A DNA stretch of 34,387 bases from Oculatellaceae cyanobacterium bins.114 (GTDB lineage: Bacteria; Cyanobacteriota; Cyanobacteriia; Elainellales; Elainellaceae): assembly GCA_033764315.1 (NCBI GenBank), contig JANRJA010000221.1:1-34387 (forward strand), in the 5' to 3' direction. Positions 1 through 8,890 of the stretch are shown here, in pieces. Position 1 is the stretch's first letter; the number at the start of each line of letters is the position of its first letter. The notes under the pieces are model-generated. The model saw only the letters and a program-made list of their open reading frames with translations, was not told where the DNA came from and did not search any database. A program made the translations under genes and the position numbers.

Positions 1-837
1 TTAATGTACAACTTCAATACATTTCCAGGAAAAAAAGCTCGAAAAAAAGGGTCGTTTTGGGAGCAATTAGGAATTAAGTCTCGGATTGCGCAAGAGGAAC
101 AGAAGATGCAGGATAAGCTGCGCAACGTTCCTAAAGAACGAGTGATTTTTGCAGTACGAGAGCCACCTTTTGTAGAAAAACAAAAACGGAGAATTAAGGA
201 TTATCAACTGGCAGAACGGTATTGCGGGTATGTTTCCGGCCCAGACGATTTTGCCCCCATTACCGAACCTATGTCTGCAATTTGGTATCATCCCAACTCT
301 TTTCGAGATTTAGATGAGATGGGGGTGCCTGATAAAGTTAGTCCTTGTAGTTGGATCACATCTGGGATCGATCGCACCGCTAATCACCAAAATCGCTTAA
401 ATTTTATAAGACTTTTGCGAGAAAGCGGGCTAGAATTTGACCTGTATGGACGAGGTCTACCGGATTGGGCAAAAGGAAACGGTCAGCTATTGAGTAAATG
501 GAATGCGATGGCTCCTTATTACTACAATTTAGCGATCGAAAATTTTGCTGAGAACGATTGGTATGTTAGTGAGAAATTGTGGGACTCTCTGCTTGCTTGG
601 TGTTTGCCCATCTATTATGGTGGTCCAGCCGCCGATCGCTTGCTACCACCAGGGAGTTTTTTAAGGCTCCCTAGCATGGATGAAAAAGGGTTGGCCTATA
701 TTAAAGAAGTGACAGCAACCCCAGATGCTTGGCACGAAGCAAAAGATGCGATCGCTGAAGCTCGTCAGGTTATTTTACACGAGTTAAATCTGCTCAATTG
801 GTTATCTAAAACAGTCAAACAGCTCTCTAGTTCTTAG
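1..837 (+). CDS. Glycosyltransferase family 10 (fucosyltransferase-like) domain protein, probably 5'-truncated by the window edge
   Basis: GT10 C-terminal signature YYYNLAIEN...YVSEKLWDSLLAWCLPIYYG; the frame is open to position 1 (tta atg), so the true start is probably upstream. Confidence 0.8.
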   Translation, partial: LMYNFNTFPGKKARKKGSFWEQLGIKSRIAQEEQKMQDKLRNVPKERVIFAVREPPFVEKQKRRIKDYQLAERYCGYVSGPDDFAPITEPMSAIWYHPNSFRDLDEMGVPDKVSPCSWITSGIDRTANHQNRLNFIRLLRESGLEFDLYGRGLPDWAKGNGQLLSKWNAMAPYYYNLAIENFAENDWYVSEKLWDSLLAWCLPIYYGGPAADRLLPPGSFLRLPSMDEKGLAYIKEVTATPDAWHEAKDAIAEARQVILHELNLLNWLSKTVKQLSSS

Positions 838-883
838 CTCACTTAGCCTACAGTTAACTCCAAATCATTGTAAGGATGTTTGT

Positions 884-1897
884 ATGACACACGGTGTTTA
901 CACAGTTGCTAACGATGTTGTTTACGATCAACTCGTTGCATTTCTAAACAGTGTAGAGGTGAATGCAGGTGCAGATACTCCAGTTTGTGTCATTGCTTAT
1001 GATGAGCGGACAGACAAAATTCGAGCCGAAATTGAATCTCGAAAAAATGTCACCCTTTTGAATGACCCTGGTCTATTTGAACCGTGGGAAGAATTTTCAG
1101 GGCGAGTGTGGAAAGCACATCCGAAAGCCATGCGGGTCTGGGAGAAACAGGGGATTAAAGGAGTCTATCGGATTGGGATGAACCGACGCTATGCTCTATT
1201 TGATCCAGCTGCTCCTTTCGATAAATTTATCTATTTTGATGCCGATACTTTAGTATTGGGTCCGCTTGATTTTGTATTTGAGCGGTTAGAGCAACACCCT
1301 TTCATTGTCTACGATTATCAATACAAAGACCCATCCCATATCTATAATCTAAAGTCTCCAAAACTGTACGATGTTTTTGATGAATCTCGTATTCGCTCAG
1401 AGATCTTTTGTGCTGGTTTTTATGCTGCTCAGAAAGGATTATTTAGTAATGAACAGCGAGATTGGCTAGTTTCTAGGTTAGAAGAAGGGGATGCTGAAGT
1501 TTTGTATTACTCTGCCCCGAATCAGTCGGTTTTAAATTACATGGTAATGCGATCGGGCGTTCCAGTACACAATCTCATTTTTCACTTGCCGGAAGATCAG
1601 CGCACAGGAAATGCAGCCACTTCAACCCGGTTTGTTATGCGTGATGGCACACTCTATGAAGATGGAAAACGTCGCTTGACCTATATCCATTACATTGGCA
1701 TTAGTTCAAGGGCTTTTAATGAATTGTGCCAGGGGGTTAATCATGGCTTCCCTTATCGGGATGTTTTCCTGCATTATCGTTATCTCCATGAACCCGAAAA
1801 GCGTCCAGTTCTTAAAGGAAAGCCAAAACCTTTTGGTGCACCACCCAGTTTAATGACACGAGCACTACAAAAAGTTGGACTAGTAAAAGCAAAATGA
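884..1897 (+). CDS. GT-A fold (GT8-like) sugar transferase, cyanobacterial Npun_R2821/R2822-like family
   Basis: DxD motif (YFDADT), NQSVLNY and IHYIG motifs resembling GT8; paralogous to the next ORF. Confidence 0.7.
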   Translation: MTHGVYTVANDVVYDQLVAFLNSVEVNAGADTPVCVIAYDERTDKIRAEIESRKNVTLLNDPGLFEPWEEFSGRVWKAHPKAMRVWEKQGIKGVYRIGMNRRYALFDPAAPFDKFIYFDADTLVLGPLDFVFERLEQHPFIVYDYQYKDPSHIYNLKSPKLYDVFDESRIRSEIFCAGFYAAQKGLFSNEQRDWLVSRLEEGDAEVLYYSAPNQSVLNYMVMRSGVPVHNLIFHLPEDQRTGNAATSTRFVMRDGTLYEDGKRRLTYIHYIGISSRAFNELCQGVNHGFPYRDVFLHYRYLHEPEKRPVLKGKPKPFGAPPSLMTRALQKVGLVKAK

Positions 1898-1907
1898 GGG
1901 GTTGAGT

Positions 1908-2816
1908 GTGAGCCGCGGAATTTACATTATTGCTAACGATCGCGTCATAGAGCAAACAATCGCTTTGATTAAAAGCATTCGCTTTTATGACGCTGAAACT
2001 CCAATCGTGATGATTCCCTATGATGAAAACTATGGGGCGATCGCAAAACTTCTCACAACATCTTACGGAGTGCAAATTTATCAAGACTTAGAGTTTGTTG
2101 ATCGTCTTTCTATCAAACTCGGTGAAGTATTTGGTAAACGTTTCTTCGCTCGCCCCAATCAGTTTCGTAAGCAGGCATGTTGGTTCGGCCCTTTTGATGA
2201 ATTTCTCTATATTGATACGGATATTGTTGTCTTTGAGAAGATTGCTGACAATCTCAACTATCTCTCTGAATATGACTTTATCTGTTGTGATTACCAGCAC
2301 AATGGAGGAATTGCAAATGTTTTTTCTCCCAAAGTCATTGAGTTGAATGTTTTTAGTGAGTTAGAGCTTAAAGATGTTTTCAACTGCGGGTTTTGGGGTT
2401 CTAAGAAGGGCATCATTACAGAAGATGATTTGTATGCAACTTTTGAGGAATGTGCTCAGCATCCAGAGTATTTTGATTTCACTCAAAAAACATCAGACCA
2501 ACCCATTATTAATTACATGATTTTAAAGCGGGTAGAAAAACGCTTTAATATTGTTCGACGACCCGGAGGAGGACCTGGTAATTGGGGAGGAAGTACCCGA
2601 TTTCAACAGGATGGCTATAAACTAATTGACCCTAATGTTAATCAACCATTGCAATATTTACATTGGGCAGGGATCAGAATTGAGCCAGGTTGCCCGTATT
2701 GGGAGATTTGGGAACACTATCGCTATTTGAATGAGGAAAAGCCTCCTTACCAACCCCCAATTAAACGCAAGAAAAGTCTGCGACAACGCTTAGCCGGTTT
2801 AATTAAGGGTAAGTAG
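1908..2816 (+). CDS. GT-A fold (GT8-like) sugar transferase, paralog of the upstream gene
   Basis: YIDTDI DxD motif, DQPIINY, LHWAG; GTG start at 1908 (MSRGIY) after GAGGG is preferred over TTG at 1902. Confidence 0.7.
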   Translation: MSRGIYIIANDRVIEQTIALIKSIRFYDAETPIVMIPYDENYGAIAKLLTTSYGVQIYQDLEFVDRLSIKLGEVFGKRFFARPNQFRKQACWFGPFDEFLYIDTDIVVFEKIADNLNYLSEYDFICCDYQHNGGIANVFSPKVIELNVFSELELKDVFNCGFWGSKKGIITEDDLYATFEECAQHPEYFDFTQKTSDQPIINYMILKRVEKRFNIVRRPGGGPGNWGGSTRFQQDGYKLIDPNVNQPLQYLHWAGIRIEPGCPYWEIWEHYRYLNEEKPPYQPPIKRKKSLRQRLAGLIKGK

Positions 2817-2830
2817 ACCTGAAGTGCTAG

Positions 2831-2886
2831 AGGTTGGGAGATTGTTGCTAGTTTAGAGGCTTAGCCCTCTCGAAAGATCCCAACCT
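2831..2886. terminator. Inverted repeat between convergent genes, possible bidirectional terminator
   Basis: AGGTTGGGA (2831-2839) / TCCCAACCT (2878-2886) with an inner AGAGG...CCTCT stem. Confidence 0.4.
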
Positions 2887-2905
2887 TATAGTTAGCAGTT
2901 AATAA

Positions 2906-3469
2906 TTAAGGAATTTGATTAACAAGAGATGGAGGGGCGATGTAGCCTAGTGCCTCTAATTGTCCTAAAACTTTGGCAGTACTCTCTTCGAGGGATTCCT
3001 CAGCGGTTTTGCATTCAACTTCAGGGTTGAGGGGTGGTTCATAAGGGTCATCGATTCCTGTGAACTGTTTAATCTCACCAGCACGGGCTTTTTTGTATAA
3101 GCCTTTAACGTCTCGCTGTTCACACACGTCAAGTGGAGCATTGACATAGACTTCAATAAAGTTGCCGATCTTGTCTCTGACCTGATCTCGAATCTCTCGA
3201 TAGGGTGAAATAGCTGAAACTAAAACTATTACCCCATTGCGCGTCAGTAGATGAGCGACAAAGCCAATTCGACGAATATTTTCGTCTCGGTCTGCTTTGC
3301 TAAAACCTAACCCTTTGGTCAAATTTTCACGAACAATATCTCCATCGAGAACTTCAACCTTGAGATTTTGGGCACGAAGTTCTTGTTCTACCGCCATTCT
3401 GAGAGTGGTTTTACCTGCACCGCTTAAACCAGTAAACCAGACCGTTACGCCACGCTGCTCTGCACTCAT
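2906..3469 (-). CDS. cysC: Adenylyl-sulfate (APS) kinase
   Basis: [14 protein letters not shown]-loop, [35 protein letters not shown]. Confidence 0.97.
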   Translation of the reverse strand: MSAEQRGVTVWFTGLSGAGKTTLRMAVEQELRAQNLKVEVLDGDIVRENLTKGLGFSKADRDENIRRIGFVAHLLTRNGVIVLVSAISPYREIRDQVRDKIGNFIEVYVNAPLDVCEQRDVKGLYKKARAGEIKQFTGIDDPYEPPLNPEVECKTAEESLEESTAKVLGQLEALGYIAPPSLVNQIP

Positions 3470-3586
3470 CGATTACTAAATCTTCTACTAACTTTTCAAA
3501 GGTCTAGTGTAATAGATTATGACGGTCTAGTTGTGTCTTTTCTATCTGGCAATGATTGATGCCAGGAATCATAAGAATCGCGAATG

Positions 3587-4564
3587 TCATTCAAGCGTGA
3601 TTAATCCAGCACGGTGTAGAAATTGGTTAGAGAACGGAGTCTGTTCTTGAAGTCGGGTATTTTGAAACAGGATTGTAAACGCTCCGGCTCCTAATCTTTC
3701 TTGAGGAAACATGCGATAACAAGGCAGCTTAGTTAAATGAGATTGATGTGGATCGAGGTGAGGAATCGAAACTGGAGAAAAATGAGAAAAGTGTTTTAGA
3801 AACCACTCACTTACTTGTTCATTTTCTTCTGGAGAGTAGGCACAAGTCATGTAGGCTAAATAACCTTGCGAACCGACAAGCTGAGCTGAATTAGCTAGAA
3901 TTCTTTTTTGACGATTTGCATTCTTTTTAATTGTCACAGGGTGAAAACATCCAGGGTTTTTTTCATTTTTTGCCAATAAAGATTGACCTGTGCAAGGGGC
4001 ATCTACAATCACTAAATCTGCTGTTTGTGGAATCTCTTGAGCTAGTATTTTAGAGTCAAGACTTGTAATAACTTGGTGGGTTGCTTGAGATGTTGCTTGA
4101 TCGGCACTTCTGCATCGTTTTAGGTTAGAAAGCAAAGCTCCAATTCGCTTACCAATGACCTCGTTGCTCATGAGCAGTTGGGGCTGTAGTGCCCTCCAAG
4201 CAAACAAGCTTTTGCCACCTGGTGAGGCACACACATCAACTATGACTTGAACTGGTTTGGCGATCGCCAATAAGCTAGATGCAGCAAAAACAGAAGAAAA
4301 ATCGAGGCAATAATAATATCCTGCTTGATGTAGAGGATGTTGTCCTGGTTTGGTGGCGATCGCTAATCGATCAATAAAATCAGGTTGCCAGGATAGAGGC
4401 AACTCTGTTTCAAATGGTAAGTTTTCGGGTTTAGGATGACACCACAAAATACAGGGGTGAAAGGGCTTGGGATGTATTAAAGCATCTACAAATTGAGCCT
4501 GAGTTTTAGCATCTGTAAATAATCGTTGACTCGATTTAAGTAATAAATTAGAAGCCGTTTTCAT
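3587..4564 (-). CDS. RsmB/NOP family SAM-dependent RNA m5C methyltransferase
   Basis: DVCASPGGKS (motif I), VDAPCTG (motif IV Cys), YMTCAYSPEENE (motif VI Cys); ATG at 4564 is the likely start. Confidence 0.88.
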   Translation of the reverse strand: MKTASNLLLKSSQRLFTDAKTQAQFVDALIHPKPFHPCILWCHPKPENLPFETELPLSWQPDFIDRLAIATKPGQHPLHQAGYYYCLDFSSVFAASSLLAIAKPVQVIVDVCASPGGKSLFAWRALQPQLLMSNEVIGKRIGALLSNLKRCRSADQATSQATHQVITSLDSKILAQEIPQTADLVIVDAPCTGQSLLAKNEKNPGCFHPVTIKKNANRQKRILANSAQLVGSQGYLAYMTCAYSPEENEQVSEWFLKHFSHFSPVSIPHLDPHQSHLTKLPCYRMFPQERLGAGAFTILFQNTRLQEQTPFSNQFLHRAGLITLE

Positions 4565-4681
4565 AGAGATCTTCAAGATGGGTTGTCAGGCCCAATCACA
4601 CATCAATGGTTTGGGTATTTGTTCTGTTCCGACCGGATTGTGAGCTGATGATAGGATTATTTGGTCTGTGAGTGAGTGAAC

Positions 4682-5764
4682 TTAAATCAGAACCGGGGGT
4701 AAAGAGGTAGAAGGACGTGGCATCTTTATCTCTTCGTGAAGGATTGGAGTGACTTGCCGAGAGTATTGAATTAGTCGCTCAGCACTGGTTGAGGCAGACA
4801 AGCCAGATAGGTCAATGGGATAAATGGGGGGTTTGCGCTGCTGGAGATCATACGTGTAGGTTTTGTCGTAATACTCCAGGATGATGTTAAACGCCTCAGT
4901 AAATTGCTGTTGACGGAGTTTTTCGACGGCCTGTTGGGTTCTTAATCCTCCCAGACGTTTACGAATGCGCTCGGTTGCGACTACCAGTTCTTCAACATCA
5001 GCAGAACCGTACATGCTCACCAGCAAGGATAGACGCTCTGAGCGCGATCGCACAATTTCAAGGACAGGTGCCTGACTCATTTGCTGAAAGAGGTTTTCTG
5101 GAATGCGGCAGGTGCCAATCCGTTTACTCTCAGCTTCAACCCAAACGGGTTTATCAGGAGAAAAAGCTGCCCATTGGCAAGCGATGTTGTTTTCAAACTG
5201 CTCATTACTGGGTTGGGGAGGCATTCCGAGGCTACCGAAACTACTGCCACGATGATGGGCGATCGCCTCTAAATCTAAGACTTGCTCACCTAGCTTCGTT
5301 AACTCAGAGAGAACAGCCGTTTTGCCTGTGCCTGTCATTCCTCCCAATATGATGATGGGTCGGGGGACAGGAGCCATAGCGTGAACCCAATGACGAAAGG
5401 CTTTGTAGCCTCCAATGAGGGTTGAAACGTGAAAGCCTGCCATTTCCAAGACCCAGGCAACAGCTTCACTGCGCATACCACCCCGCCAACAATGAATCCG
5501 CACAACGCGATCGGGTGCAAGGGTTTTGGCTTGAGCGATGAAGCCAGCAAATTTAGGTCCGGCGATCGCAAAGCCCAACTCGACCGCTTGATATCGACCG
5601 TTGTGTTTATAACAGATGCCGATTTGTGCCCGTTCTAGATCGGTGAACAACGGAAAACTAGCTGCTTCTGGAATGTGTCCCTGAGCATATTCAGCCGGAC
5701 TACGGACATCCAGAATGATGCCTGGAGCAGTCAGAAAATCGGCTATTTCCAAACATTGGGGCAT
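4682..5764 (-). CDS. mnmH: tRNA 2-selenouridine synthase
   Basis: Rhodanese domain (DVRSPAEYAQGHIP, CWRGGMRS), P-loop GGMTGTGKT, HRGSSFG, EAESKRIG. Confidence 0.95.
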   Translation of the reverse strand: MPQCLEIADFLTAPGIILDVRSPAEYAQGHIPEAASFPLFTDLERAQIGICYKHNGRYQAVELGFAIAGPKFAGFIAQAKTLAPDRVVRIHCWRGGMRSEAVAWVLEMAGFHVSTLIGGYKAFRHWVHAMAPVPRPIIILGGMTGTGKTAVLSELTKLGEQVLDLEAIAHHRGSSFGSLGMPPQPSNEQFENNIACQWAAFSPDKPVWVEAESKRIGTCRIPENLFQQMSQAPVLEIVRSRSERLSLLVSMYGSADVEELVVATERIRKRLGGLRTQQAVEKLRQQQFTEAFNIILEYYDKTYTYDLQQRKPPIYPIDLSGLSASTSAERLIQYSRQVTPILHEEIKMPRPSTSLPPVLI

Positions 5765-5803
5765 GGCACTGAAACAAACGGGGGAATGCCCCCTGGCTGT
5801 ACT

Positions 5804-8080
5804 CTATCCATTGATCGTAATAGGTGGATGGTTTTCTGCGGCAGGGAGAACGCGACCAATCTTGCAACTGTGACCATATCCGTTGTCCTTTAACTCGGTG
5901 AGACAGGCCGCCGCCCGCTCTGCTGGGATGCTTGCCAGTAACCCTCCAGAGGTTTGGGGATCAAACAAAATAGGGTAAAAAGGGTGATTGCTAATAGCTG
6001 CCAAATTGTGGATTTCACGAGAGACAGCCCGATTTTGAAAATCGAGAGAACTCACAATTCCCTGAGGCAGTGTTTTATCCACTCCTTCTAACAGCGGAAT
6101 GGCTGACCAGTCTAACTCAACCGCAACCTGGGATGCCCGAATCATTTCAACGAGATGACCTAATAAACCAAAACCAGTCACATCGGTGCAGGCAGTCGCT
6201 TGATGATGGCGAAAGCAGTTAGCTGCTGCTTGATTAGAGAGCAACATAGAGTGAATTGCAGACTCAATCCAGCGTCCTTTGGCTTGAAGACGCATGTCAG
6301 CGGCAAACAACGTCCCAGTCCCTAAAGCTTTTGTCAAGATCAACACTTGCCCTGGTTGCATTCCACTTTTGAGTAACAGGTGGTCTGGATCGATCAACCC
6401 ATTACAGGCGAGTCCAAAGGCAAGACGATTGCTTTCTGTAGTGTGTCCACCGACTAAAACAGCCTTTGACTGATACAGCATCTGGGTCGCACCACATAGC
6501 AGTTGATATAGGGTTTCTTCTGTTTTGGTGGCGGTGGCATAGGGCAGACTGGCGATCGCCAGAGCACTTTGAGGGGTTGCACCCATCGCAAACAAGTCGC
6601 TGAGACAATGATTGGTGGTGATTTGCCCCAATACAAATGGATCGTCAATTAATGCGGAAAAGTAGTCGATTGTTTGCACCAAGAGTTGATCGGGTGGCAC
6701 TCGAATCACCGCTGCATCATCAGGAGTCTCTAATCCTAAAACAATGTCATCTCGATCAATCCAGGGTTGTTGCTGCTGCACTCGTTGCAAGGCGCGTTCT
6801 AACACCGCACTGCCCACTTTAGAACCGCACCCGGCACAATACATGAGGGGAGGTGAGTTAACCTGGGTTGATTTTTTAGCCTGACTCAGATTTGCAGACG
6901 CCCCCCCTGTCATGGGTTGCAAGTTGATAAACCGTTTCATAAAGCGGCGATCGATGTGGTCTTTCCACTGCCAAATCCAGCGATCGGGACCCCACCCCAG
7001 GTGTCCACGGGTCGCAACCGCCGTGCGATCGCCTAGACCAATCAGACTTAACCATTGTCGTTGAGGGATATATTTTTGGAGCGGTTGGTTTAATAGAGTC
7101 CGACGCAGGTTTTCAAACAGAGGTTTGCCTTGCCGCACCGCAAACACTCCAGCTTTTGGGCGCGGATGCTGCAATAGGGTTGCAATATCTCCGGTGGCAA
7201 AAATATGGGGATGAGAGGTGGACTGCAAGTACTCATTCACCTGGATAAATCCATTCGCATCTGTTGCCAACCCCGATGCCCCTATCCACGAAGCCGCTGC
7301 TGCTTGAGTCACCCAAAAGAGGCGATCGCACGGTACCACCAGTCCTGATTTGCATTGCACTTGGTTGGCTTGCACCTGAATCACTTCTTCAGACAAATGC
7401 ACCTGAATACCCCGTTGAGTCAACTGCGATCGCAGCTGATTGCGAATCCAAGCACTACTACCTTCGAGAATTTCGGCTCCTCGATGAAAGAGATGCAGGT
7501 CTAGCGGAGTCTTTGGTTGATTGGCTGCCTCATAGAGTTTTTGCAATCGAGCGTGAATGTTGAGTGCCAGTTCTACTCCACCTGTGCCTCCACCGACAAT
7601 GCCTAACCGCAAGGGTTGGGAGGGCGATCGCTCAATGTCTGCTACTAGTTGATCCCAAACACTAAGAAAGTGCGAGATTGGTTTGACCGGAATGGCATAC
7701 TCTTGAGCACCGGGCACATCTGCAATATGGGGAGTACTGCCAATATCAATCGATAACCAATCAAAGGCGATCGGTGGATGGTGAGCACATATGACTCGAT
7801 TGTGGTCGAGATCAAGGGCGATCGCTCGATCCACAATGAGTTGGACTTGGGCAAATTGGGTTAGAGGGCGTAAGTCAATGTGACACTGATCAAAGTCATA
7901 TAAACCTGCCACATATCCAGGCAACATGCCTGAATAAGGAGTGTGATAGACATCGGTAATTAAAGTAAGCCTCACTCCTGCTAGAGGAGCCATGCCAAAC
8001 AACTTAAGGGCGATCGCATGACTGTGACCTCCTCCAATAAGCACCAAATCTTGGGTAATCGGTTGATGAGAACGTTGCAT
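5804..8080 (-). CDS. selD: Selenide, water dikinase (selenophosphate synthetase) fused to an N-terminal FAD/NAD(P)-dependent oxidoreductase domain
   Basis: N-terminal LIGGGHSH and IVGGGTGGVELA Rossmann motifs; SelD part has CAGCGSKVG, DDAAV, SDLFAMG, GGHT, DVTGFGLLGHL, DPQTSGGLL; ATG at 8080 is the likely start. Confidence 0.95.
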   Translation of the reverse strand: MQRSHQPITQDLVLIGGGHSHAIALKLFGMAPLAGVRLTLITDVYHTPYSGMLPGYVAGLYDFDQCHIDLRPLTQFAQVQLIVDRAIALDLDHNRVICAHHPPIAFDWLSIDIGSTPHIADVPGAQEYAIPVKPISHFLSVWDQLVADIERSPSQPLRLGIVGGGTGGVELALNIHARLQKLYEAANQPKTPLDLHLFHRGAEILEGSSAWIRNQLRSQLTQRGIQVHLSEEVIQVQANQVQCKSGLVVPCDRLFWVTQAAAASWIGASGLATDANGFIQVNEYLQSTSHPHIFATGDIATLLQHPRPKAGVFAVRQGKPLFENLRRTLLNQPLQKYIPQRQWLSLIGLGDRTAVATRGHLGWGPDRWIWQWKDHIDRRFMKRFINLQPMTGGASANLSQAKKSTQVNSPPLMYCAGCGSKVGSAVLERALQRVQQQQPWIDRDDIVLGLETPDDAAVIRVPPDQLLVQTIDYFSALIDDPFVLGQITTNHCLSDLFAMGATPQSALAIASLPYATATKTEETLYQLLCGATQMLYQSKAVLVGGHTTESNRLAFGLACNGLIDPDHLLLKSGMQPGQVLILTKALGTGTLFAADMRLQAKGRWIESAIHSMLLSNQAAANCFRHHQATACTDVTGFGLLGHLVEMIRASQVAVELDWSAIPLLEGVDKTLPQGIVSSLDFQNRAVSREIHNLAAISNHPFYPILFDPQTSGGLLASIPAERAAACLTELKDNGYGHSCKIGRVLPAAENHPPITING

Positions 8081-8176
8081 AGTGAGTATGTGACTTCGCC
8101 AGCATTGAGATAGATGTAGCCCAGGCAAAATCAGGCAATAGTGAAATCGATCCCTGGATTTATTGTCATAACTTAA

Positions 8177-8212
8177 TATTGCTTCACTTGTATTGCTTCA
8201 CTTGTATTGCTT
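8177..8212. repeat. 14-bp tandem repeat (TATTGCTTCACTTG x about 2.6) in the divergent selD / inhibitor intergenic region
   Basis: Units at 8177-8190 and 8191-8204, partial unit at 8205-8212. Confidence 0.85.
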
Positions 8213-8283
8213 TTCAGTGGCAGTTCTCTCTGGATTGTTGCTATGTATCGCTTGTGTGGTAAGAGAGAGCCAGGAGGTAAACT

Positions 8284-8610
8284 GTGTCAGAGTTGACCCT
8301 GACTCAACACGACCAAGGTAAAACGTTTTATGTCAAGGTGGGTGACACTATCTTGATTCACTTGTCTGAGAACTCGACCACAGGCTATGTTTGGTCAATT
8401 GACCCTATCCCTGAGTCCATCATAGAACTACAAGATTCTGCTGTTTCAAAGCAAAGTTCCCTGTGGATTGGGAGCAGGGGTGAACGACTGTTGACCTTTC
8501 AAACAAAGCAGCCTGGTTTTGCGACAATACACTTTAAGCTGTCGCGCCCTTGGAAAGATAGCTCTGAGCCTCGGCAACAGTTTGGGATCACCATTCAAGT
8601 CTGTCTATAA
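8284..8610 (+). CDS. Protease inhibitor I42 (chagasin) family protein
   Basis: ENSTTGYVW (NPTTGY-like), GSRG and RPW loops; GTG start preceded by AGGAGG. Confidence 0.85.
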   Translation: MSELTLTQHDQGKTFYVKVGDTILIHLSENSTTGYVWSIDPIPESIIELQDSAVSKQSSLWIGSRGERLLTFQTKQPGFATIHFKLSRPWKDSSEPRQQFGITIQVCL

Positions 8611-8683
8611 TCGGATGATGCAATCCTTTGTGCAAGACCAGAGAAGCATGTGGTTTTCACTGCCTTATTTGGGATTGCTATAA

Positions 8684-8878
8684 GAGGGTGTCTTAAAAAT
8701 CTAGATTTAGACAGCATGGGCAACTGAAGTCGTAGCCTTCGACGTGAGCCTCAGCCGAAGGCTACAAAGGCAAACCCTGCCTCCACAGGTTACAGAAAGC
8801 CTTGAGTCTGCCATTGCGGTTGCGGACTTTATTTTTGTAGTCGCGGTTTTAACCGCCCAAAACGTCTCAGACATCCTC
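8684..8878. mobile_element. 195-bp MITE-like element with GAGG-type TIRs and a TAA target duplication, carrying a GTAG-type REP-like palindromic cargo
   Basis: Left end GAGGGTGTCTTAAAAAT versus right-end reverse complement GAGGATGTCTGAGACGT (12/17); TAA on both sides (8681-8683, 8879-8881); cargo 8719-8857 resembles 34275-34387. Confidence 0.7.
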
Positions 8879-8890
8879 TAAGTTAAGTCA

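Noticed and set aside
4975..7854. Multiple short antisense and alternate-frame ORFs inside mnmH and selD (and similar ones inside other genes)
   Set aside because: Shadow ORFs of long, well-supported genes with no independent evidence.
1..8080. Selenoneine or selenosugar biosynthetic cluster (SelD plus glycosyltransferases)
   Set aside because: The glycosyltransferases are on the opposite strand, are GT10 and GT8-like rather than SenB-like, and no SenA/EgtB-like gene is present; mnmH explains selD.
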